The position numbers and the translations under genes are program-made. Below, piece by piece: positions 16,812-26,900 of a stretch of DNA of 34,495 bases (position 1 is its first letter; every line of letters starts with the position of its first letter). The notes beneath the pieces are model-generated. The model was not told the origin of the DNA and made no database searches. It worked only from the letters and a program-made list of their open reading frames with translations. The DNA comes from Saprospiraceae bacterium (GTDB lineage: Bacteria > Bacteroidota > Bacteroidia > Chitinophagales > Saprospiraceae): positions 1 through 34,495 of the forward strand of contig JALVEG010000216.1 of assembly GCA_027031145.1 (NCBI GenBank). The letters run 5' to 3'.

Positions 16812-17351
16812 ATGAAACAACTATTTATTAAAACAAAAATTATTATTATGGGATGGTTAAAACGATTATTTTTTGGAGCTAAATCTACTGTAAAATCAGC
16901 TGCTGATCAAGTTTCCGAAGCAGGTGATGATTTATTGGATAAAGCTAAGGACACTTTTGATGACGTTACAGATGTAGCCGGTGATATGATAGAAAAAGGA
17001 AAAGACATTACGGAAGAAACTGTTGAAAAAGTTAAAGATTTTAGCTCGGATGCTATTGAAAAAGCTAAAGATGTATTAGATGATGCCGGTGAAGTAGCTG
17101 ATAAAATTGTTGAGAAAGGTAAGGATATCACAAAAGATGTAATGGAAAAAGCTGAGGATATTGGTGAAAAAGTTGTCGAAAAAGCTAAAGATACTTTTGA
17201 AGATGTAACTGAAGTAGCAAAAGATGCAATGGAGAAAGGTAAAGAAATTGTAAATTCTGTTGTCGAAAAAGAAGATGCAGTGAAAGAGGATTTGGCGGAT
17301 AAAGTAGAAGATGTTAAAGATGAAATTAAAGACGTTGAAGATAAAGCCTGA
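16812..17351 (+). CDS. Acidic Lys/Glu/Asp-rich repeat protein (3 x 40-aa repeats, 11-residue sub-periodicity; LEA/apolipoprotein-like amphipathic helices)
   Basis: The three repeats are KAKDTFDDVTDVAGDMIEKGKDITEETVEKVKDFSSDAIE, KAKDVLDDAGEVADKIVEKGKDITKDVMEKAEDIGEKVVE and KAKDTFEDVTEVAKDAMEKGKEIVNSVVEKEDAVKEDLAD. An alternative start is the ATG at 16848 (MGWLKRLFFGAKS, an amphipathic N-terminus). I treat the Ser/Thr-rich antisense ORF (16907-17368) as a shadow. Confidence 0.65.
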   Translation: MKQLFIKTKIIIMGWLKRLFFGAKSTVKSAADQVSEAGDDLLDKAKDTFDDVTDVAGDMIEKGKDITEETVEKVKDFSSDAIEKAKDVLDDAGEVADKIVEKGKDITKDVMEKAEDIGEKVVEKAKDTFEDVTEVAKDAMEKGKEIVNSVVEKEDAVKEDLADKVEDVKDEIKDVEDKA

Positions 17352-17542
17352 TTTCTTTTAATATCCATGATCTTTCTTGTTTTATATCTACACAGGTATA
17401 ATTATTTAACCGAAAAAAAACATTTTTTTGCTATATTTTATCTTTTTTTAGATGTAACTCCTTTAGTGTCATGTCAAAGATATAGTTGTTGGTGCTCAAA
17501 ATCACCCTGTTTGAATAGATTAATATAAAATTAGATATTTTG

Positions 17543-17587
17543 GGAATATGAATCCTATTTTATCGGATAAATCAGGATTCATATTCC
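17543..17587. promoter_or_regulatory. 45-bp palindrome (perfect 14-bp arms ggaatatgaatcct / aggattcatattcc) in the long leader of the 3730-aa gene
   Basis: The arms lie at 17543-17556 and 17574-17587. The 17-nt spacer contains a nested ttatc-g-gataa palindrome. No T-tract follows, so an operator or structural role is more likely than an intrinsic terminator. Confidence 0.6.
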
Positions 17588-17920
17588 TAATTAATCCAAT
17601 TTATTATTAACATATAGTAAAAATTGTTATAAATATTTTTCATATCTATATTAATAATATGCATCAAATTATGATTATTAATCGTATGAATATAATATTT
17701 ATTCATATGTTTAATTTAAGGAAATTCAATGATTTAAAGATAAAAAAAGACTAAATATTAAGTTTTTACTGTTTTATTTATTTTTTACCTCAAAAATTTT
17801 GTTATTATTCACTAAAATTTATACCTTTACCCCTGATATATCCGAATAAACTTTTTATTTGGAGTATGTCGTATGTAAAAAGACGAAATTTAAAATTAAT
17901 AAACCAAAACTCAATCTGAG

Positions 17921-20900
17921 ATGAAACTTAGAAACTTATTCTATGTTGTAATGCTGTTTTTATTGGCGATTACAAATATTGATGCACAGGAATGGACAAA
18001 AAACTTACCTCAAAAAGATCCTTCCGAATTAACCTTTTTTGATTATCAAAATGCATTTTATCAGTACTGCGATGAACTGGGAGTTGATGAAGGCTATTAT
18101 TTTGATGAATATGGCGAAAAGCATAAAATGGCCGGTTGGAAGCAATTCAAAAGATGGGAATGGTTTTGGGAACAACTTATAGATCCAAAAACAGGAAAGT
18201 TTCCAAATTTTAGTGCTGAAGATATGGTGCGCAAATACTATAATCCGCCACAACAATTGCCGAATGGATTAGCAACGGCTACATGGACATCCCTCGGTCC
18301 TATTTCTTCCGGTGGAGGATATGCAGGATTAGGTAGAATTAATTGTATAGCCTTTCACCCGACGGATAACAATACATTTTGGGTGGGAACTCCGGCAGGA
18401 GGAATTTGGAAGACTACAAATGGTGGTTCTTCATGGACAGTGTTGAATAATGGAACAGGTGTACTGGGAGTCAGTGATATTGTTATTCCTTCCGACTATG
18501 CTGCATCTCATACCATTTATATTGCAACAGGGGATAGAGATGCTACCGATAACAGAAGTATTGGTGTACTAAAGTCAACAGATGGAGGAGTTACCTGGAA
18601 CACAACAGCTTTAAATTATAATCTTTCACAAAACCAACTGGTAACAAGATTATTGCTTGATCCAAATGATGATAATACTTTAATAGCAGTAACTAAAGAC
18701 GGAGTGTTCAGAACCACAGACGGAGGTACGACTTGGCCAATGATTAGCAATCCTGCTTATTATTTTATAGATATGGAATATAAACCGGGAGATTTTAATA
18801 CTTTGTATGGCGCAACCAGATCCAGTGGAGATATTTGGAGAAGTACTGATGGAGGAGTTAATTGGACACGAGTTTTAAATAGTGCCGGTTCAAGAGTTGA
18901 ATTGGCTGTTTCTCCTGCTAATGCTTCCGTTGTTTATGCATTAGTAGGAGCGCCAGATAATAGCTTGTTTGGTGTCTATAAATCAACTAATAGTGGTGCT
19001 TCTTTTTCTTTGGTATATGATGGATCACTAGCCAATCATAATTTATTAGGTTATTATACAGACCAAAGTGGTTCAGGAGGTCAAGCTTTCTATGACCTGT
19101 CTTTGGAGGTTTCCAATACAGATGCTAATACTGTATTTGTGGGGGGAGTAATAACATTTAAATCTACTGATGGGGGCACAACATTTAATGCGATTAGTTG
19201 TTGGACCGCAAGCAATACATACAACTCTGCCGGGGTTCCGGTTGTTCATGCTGATAAACATAAATTACAGTACAGGTCAAATGGGGATTTATTTGAATGT
19301 AATGACGGTGGAGTTTATATTTCTAACGATAATGGTAGTACCTGGACTGATAAAACCAATGGTATGGTGATAAGTCAAATGTATAGACTTGGTGTGTCTC
19401 AAACAGTGGCTACAGAAACTCAATGCGGATTGCAGGATAATGGTACAAAGTTAATCACAGGAGGTGTTTGGTCAGATGTAAGGGGTGGTGACGGTATGGA
19501 ATGTATTATTGACTATACCGATGTAAATGTTCAATACAATACTTATACAAATGGTAAAATTGATCGAACGGATAATCATTGGATGAATTCTCATAGTATA
19601 AAACCTACAGGTTCTGATGGTGCTTGGGTTACTCCTTATGTTCTTGATCCTGTTGATCACAATACTGTTTATGCCGGTTATCAACATATTTATAAATCAA
19701 CCGATAAAGGAGAAAACTGGAGTATTATTTATAATCTCGATTCCGGTGATAAATTCAGAGCTCTGGCAGTAGCACCCTCAAACACACAGTATATTTATGC
19801 TTCTGAGCCTTATACTCTATGGAAAACAACTGACGGAGGTACAAACTGGACAGATATTACAACAGGTTTGCCCGGTGGTTTTATTACATACATAGCAATT
19901 AAAAATGATGATCCCAATACCGTTTGGGTTACCTTGAGTACTTATACCGGAAATTCCGTGTATCAAACTACTGATGGCGGTAGCAATTGGACAAATATTT
20001 CTACAGGATTGCCTGCCGTTCCTGTTAATACGATAGTTCAGGATAAATTGGTAACAGATCAGGTTGATTTATATGCAGGTACATATAATGGTGTTTATTA
20101 TAAAGCAGGTGCTGCTAATTGGGCTCCTTTTAACGGAGGTTTACCAAATGTGGATGTTAGAGAACTGGAGATTTATTATGCACCTAATCCATCCGATAGC
20201 AAACTAAGAGCCGCTTCTTATGGAAGAGGACTTTGGGAAACGCCGATTATTGCACCTTGCTCAGTTACAATCACACAAAGCGATGAAGGTGATTGCAATG
20301 ATAATGGCACAGGATCCAACGCCGCTGATGATTGGTTCGATATTACTTTCAATGCTACTGCTGTAAGTAGTGTTTCAACTCAGTATCAGGTTGTATTGAA
20401 TGCAAATGCTGACGGCACGGGTGGTACTGTATTAGGCACATCCGATTACGGAACAGCTATTACTGTAGGCACATCGAGCAATCCTCCTTTTGTTGCAGAT
20501 GGTGCTACTACTTATAATATAACAATAAGAGATGCTACAAATAATACATGTCATGCTGATTATACAACTACTCCGGTAGCAAGTTGTTCGAACGCAATAG
20601 CGGATTGTTCTCAATTATTTATTTCACAATATGGAGAACCCAGTAGTGGTAATGGAAAATATATTGAGATTTATAACCCTACAAATGCTACGGTTGATTT
20701 GAGTAATTATAAGATTTGGAAAATTTCAAACGGTGGTAACTGGCCGGAAGCTACTATTAATTTAAACGGTGAAAGTATCGCCGCATATGATGTTTTTGTT
20801 ATAGCAAACAATTCTATGGATGTCCCGGGAGCAGACAAATATTCAGGCTCTATCAGTTTTAACGGTGATGATGCTATGGGTTTAGCATACAATGGAGGAA

Positions 20901-23900
20901 GCGGCTCAACCTTTAGTTTAATTGATGCCATAGGAGAGGATGGACCTGATCCCGGTAATGGTTGGGATGTAGCGGGAATTACCAATGCTACAAAGAATCA
21001 CACTTTGGTAAGAAAATCAACTGTCAAAGTTCCCAATACCGACTGGGATGCTTCGAGAGGAACAAATACATCTGATTCCGAATGGGAAGTTCAAACTTAT
21101 AATCAAAATGACTTGGGATCACATACTAGTGATTGTTATACTCCTCCTGTTTGTTCTTTGACTGATGCAGGACTTGACAATGTAAATTGTAATAATAATG
21201 GCACAGGAAATAATAGTAGTGATGACTATATAACTTTTACTCTTGATCCCCAAGGACAAAATACCGGTACTACTTACAATGTAACAGTTCCGTCCGGATA
21301 TACAGTCACTCCTACTTCGGGAACGTATGGAGCTTCAACTCCAACATTATTCCAACTAAATAACGGAAGTGCAGGTGGTGGAGATGTAACTGTAACAATA
21401 ACAGATGCTGATGATAGTGATTGTACTTTGGATGTTACGGTTACCGACCCCGGCTCTTGTTCTGTTACCATATATATTGACAATCATGGTGGACCGACAA
21501 TTGCAGATCCTTGTACTTGTGCAGGAGACGGATTATTTGATGAGGAAGTAGTTGTACATTCAAACCCCGGTGAGACATGGACAGTATCAGCCAATACAGG
21601 TTACCTTGATCCAAATACACTAGTAGAATTTACAGTTGGTACAACTTTGACTGAAATTAGTCCCGGAGTATATTCTTTGGTGGGCAAGCATAGAGATGAT
21701 ATCGGATATGATTTAACAGTCCAGGGAGGACCTGCCGGAGTAACACCTATTATTTTATCAATAAATAATCTATGTTGGTATCCTGATCCAAGTATTACGG
21801 GATTGGATAATCAATATTGTGAAAATGATCCTGCAGTAACTCTGACAGGAAGTGCTCAATTGGGAGACGGTAGTGGTCCTGCTCCGGAAGAATCTCATGA
21901 TTTTTCAATAAATGGAGTTGGTGGAGCTACTCAATTTGATCCTGCAGCATTGGGAGCCGGTTCTTACCAAGTGATATATACATTTGATGCTGAAGATGAC
22001 GATCCCGATGAACATCATCCCGGTTGTGTTGCTTATGATACAATGGATGTAGTTGTAAATGCATTGCCAAATGTAGTTGCAGCAAGCAACAGCCCAATAT
22101 GTGAAGGTGAAGACATTTTGTTACAAGAGACAGGAGGAGAAGCTGATACCTGGAGTTGGACGGGTCCAAACGGCTTTACATCAACTGATCAAAATCCGGT
22201 AATTTCAGATGCTACTGTTGCAGCTTCAGGGACATATACAGTGGTTGGTACCAATAGTACTACTGGATGTGAAAATGAAACAACTGTTGATGTAGTAGTT
22301 AATCCAAAGCCTGATGAACCTGTTGTTGATGATATTACGGTTTGTGAAGGAGAGAGTACTTTAATAGTACCACAACAAACCGGTGGTGGCGGCGGAACGC
22401 CAACCTGTGGGTTAACAGGAGATGTTAGTATTACAGGTATTATGGATGGACCATTGACAGGAGGTGTTCCCAAATTTGTTGAATTATACGTTCATAATAC
22501 AACAGACTTTACTGGTTGGTCTGTCAGAAATCATAATAATGGAGGTGCCGGAGTATCAAATGAAACCGATTTATCTTCATTGGGTACAATAAATGCAGGT
22601 GAATATGTATATGTGATAAGATGGGGGAATAATGGTGCAAATGAACAGGCATTTTTGGATTGGTTCGGATTGACACAAGCCGAGTATGATGCAATGAATA
22701 CAATAGCAGGTCCTGCACCTAATGTTAACGGCGATGATGCTGTTACTTTATTCGACGGAACAAATATAATAGATCAATATGGAGTAGTTGGAGTTGACGG
22801 AACTGGACAGACTTGGGAATATAAAGACGGTTGGGCATACAGGAATAATGAAACAGGACCTGACGGAACTAATTTTGACGATACGGAATGGACTTACAGT
22901 GGACCGGATGCTCTGGACGGAGAAACTTCAAATGCTACGGCACAAACTCCATTCCCGATAGGAACATATACCTGTTCTACTGTAACCGGTGATGCTCTTT
23001 TCAATTTTTATACCGATGCAGCATTAACAAATTTAGTGGCTGGTCCGGCAACTTCTTATGACCCGGGAACTACACCGGCTAATAGTCCACAATCTATTTG
23101 GGTAACTCAAATAGATACTACTTCAGGTTGTGAAAGTGATGCTGTAGAAGTTGTAGTTACGGTATATGAACAACCGAGTGCAGATGCCGGAGACAATCAG
23201 TTTTTCTGTGATCTGCCTGCCAGTATTCAACTGAATGCTACTGCAAATTATGACGGACAATGGACAACTACAGGAGCAGGAACTATTGCATATGCAACAA
23301 ATACTTCCACTACTTATTCTCCTGTTGCTGCCGATTTGGGTACAACTGTGATAATGACCTGGACAACAGGTTCTCCGGCAGGTGCAACTTGTGAAGCTGC
23401 TGTCGACAGTATGGGTGTGACTTTTGTACCACCTACGGAAGATGCTGAATTTTCTTATACACAGGATGAATATTGTCCTGAAGACGGCAATCCCACAGTA
23501 ACTCATACAACTGGAGTAGATGGTATTTATACATGGGAAGCAATTGATCCCAATAATAATCTGGTTATCGATAAACATACCGGAGAGATAGACATGAATG
23601 CCAGTGATTGGGGAATTTATGATATAACCAATACAGTTGATGGCAGGGGAAATCTTATAATAACAGGAGTAATCGATGGTCCTATTACGGGAGGCTTACC
23701 CAAAGCGATTGAACTTTATGTGGTTAAAGATATAACAGACCTAAGCAGATATGGATTGGAAAGCGCTAATAATGGTAATGGTTCAGCAGGAACACCTGAA
23801 TATACATTTCCTGATGATGCTGTTGCAGCCGGAACATATATTTGGGTTGCAACTGAAGCACTTCAATTCAATAATTTCTTTGGAGAAGATCCTACATATA

Positions 23901-26900
23901 CCAATGGTGTTGCTTCCATTAACGGAGACGATGCCATCGTATTGTATAATGATGGTCAGGTAATAGATGTTTTTGGTGATGTAAATACCGATGGTACGGG
24001 ACAACCGTGGGAGTATAAAGATGGTTGGGCATACAGAAATAATAATACCGGACCTGACGGTACTTTGTTTGATTTAGATAATTGGAGTTTCTCCGGTCCT
24101 GATGCATTGGATGGAGAAACTTCAAATGCAACAGCCCAAACACCATTTCCAATGGGATCATTTACAACAACTTTTAGCGCATCCTGTGATGCCAATACTC
24201 ATACGGAAAGAATTACAGTTGGAGATATAGAACCTCCGACTGTAAATTGTCCTGCAGATCAGACGGTATATTTAGATCCCGGAGATTGTGGAGTATTCTT
24301 ATGGTATGATGATCCTGATGTGATAGATAATTGCTCAGGAGATCCTGTGATCACTAAAATAGCAGGTCCGGACAAAGGAAGTGAATTCACATTGCTGGGT
24401 AGTCCATATACAATAGAGTTTGAAGTATATGATGCAAATGGCAATGGACCTGTAAATTGTTCATTTGATATAGCTATAGAAGGATATCCAAATCCTCTTG
24501 ATGGAGTGATGGCGTGCAATGATGTTGTAAAAGTATCATTGGATTCCAATTGTGTTGTTCAAATGAATGCTGATAATTTCCTTGAAGGAGGTCCATATCA
24601 TTGTTATAATATGTTCCAGGTATATGTAGATGATCCTGCTTATTCCGGAGTAAATGTTACAAATGAAAAAATACATCTGGATCCCGGTACGTATATGGTG
24701 ACCGTTGCAGATGCAGCCAATGGCAATAATTCTTGTATGACTACTATGATAGTACAAGATAAACTTGAGCCTACACTTGAATGTAATTGTCCTGCTGGAG
24801 GCTTGTTCCCAGAAGGTTCGGAATGGTCTGAACCTATAAATGGCAAATTCTTCTGGAATGATAAAATGTTTGATATTCATAATAATTGTTATAATTTTGG
24901 ATCTGAGGAATTCCTGCCGGGACATGATTTCCACTATTATGATGTTTATCCGGTTCAAGTATCAGCTGACGGAGATTATAGCCTGATAATGACAGATGAT
25001 AATAGTAAAGCGATTTTAGGTGTATATGAAGATAATTTCAACTCTGCCGAAGTATGCAATAATCTGATATGGGGAGATGGTGGTTATTACAATTTCTTCG
25101 GTTCATTTTATGTTGAACCAAATACCACTGTTACTCTTGAAGCAGGAAAACAATATTATATAGTTGTTTCTGATTTTGATAGTGGTTTTAAAGGAAAATA
25201 TACACTTGAAATGATTCCGCCAACCGGAGCTCAGATATATTTCACTCAATCAATTTATGATGATAAGTGTGTATTGTACGGTTGTTATAATCCTAAAAAA
25301 GATTATTCAGATAAATTTGAGATTCCTGAGGTTATTGACAATTGTGATATAGCTAATCCTGTATTGATTTCATCCGAATTTGTAGATAGTGATAATTGCG
25401 GAATACAAAAATTGGTTAATACATGGCAAACAACCGATTTGGGTGGAAATGTTGCTACGTGTACACAGGAATATGTTTTCCAAGGCTTAACTCTTGGTAA
25501 ATTGGAATGGCCTAAAAATTATGACAATCTGCCATTTAACAATCCGATGTTGGAATGTGACGGTTTATATCCGTTAGACGAAAATGGAAATCCAAGTCCT
25601 TATAATAAAGGTGGATTGGAAGGAACAGGTAAACCTAAAGGTTTTGGTAATACTTGTGCAGCGGAAATTTTTTATTATGATGAAGTCCATCCGTTGGATT
25701 GCGGAACTAAAATATTAAGACATTGGACTTTGGTTGATGATTGTACAGGAGCTGTTTATACTCATACACAAATAATCAGAATTACTGATACAACCGCTCC
25801 AACATTTATGGTACCTGATAATATTGAAGCAAAAACCAAAGCTTATATATGTAATTCAAATATAGAAGTACCTGCGATCATGCATCTTGAAGATAATTGC
25901 TGTACAGATTTGAAATGGTGGGTAACCACTGACATGGGATTTGATATCTCAGGTGATATAAACGGAAACGGTTATGTTGATGCTAATGAAACATGGACAT
26001 TATTGAATGTTCCGACAGGTACATATGAATTGTGTTATCATGCTGTTGATTGCTGTGATAATCAAACAGATCAATGTATTACTATCCATGTATTTGATGG
26101 TAATCCTCCGATTGCAGTATGTGAGCAATACAAACAAGTAAGTTTAACCGCAATGGGCAACGCAAGAGTATATGCTCTTGATTTTGATTCAGGATCATTT
26201 GACAATTGTAATCCTGTTTACTTTAAAGTATTGAGAGTAGGAGACGATCAGAATTATGATGGAGGTTGTGAAAATCTTAACGGAGATGACAGACCTGCAA
26301 CTGCTACAATAGATGTTTGGTATGATGATGAAGTATCTTATTGTTGTGAAGATGCCCAAAGTGAAGTTATGACCTCATTGAGAGTATTTGATGTGGATCC
26401 CGGAGCAGGACCTGTATATCCAAGTAGAATGGAGCCGGGTGGAGACTTATATGGACATTATAATGACTGCTGGAGTATTGTTAAAGTTGAATGCAAAATA
26501 CCACCTGCTTTGGATTGTCCTCCTGTATCAATATCATGTGAAGAAAGTCTGGATCCAAATGAGAATCCAAAATTATGGCCAAATGTGATCAGTGTATGTG
26601 GATATGAATTGGATTATAGTGATAACAGAGATATGGGAATATGCGGAGCTAATATAGTAAGAACATGGACAGCGACCGGATGTGGAAAAGCAACACAATG
26701 CAAACAAAAGATAAGTATTGAAACAACAGAGCCATTTGATCCATGTACAATCAAATTCCCAAGGGATGTAAAAGCAGATTGTTCTAAAGAATTGAGAGAC
26801 GGTGGCGAGCCAAAATGGGATGAGAATCCATGTAATATTGTGACTGCAGAGATTATTAATGAAGATACATTCAAATTTGTAGATGGAGCATGTTATAAAA

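Noticed and set aside
16907-17368. 153-aa Ser/Thr-rich ORF antisense to the acidic repeat protein
   Set aside because: It is the mirror image of the Lys/Glu/Asp codon repeats on the plus strand and has no signal peptide or recognisable motif. All neighbouring genes are on the plus strand. Only expression data could settle this definitively.
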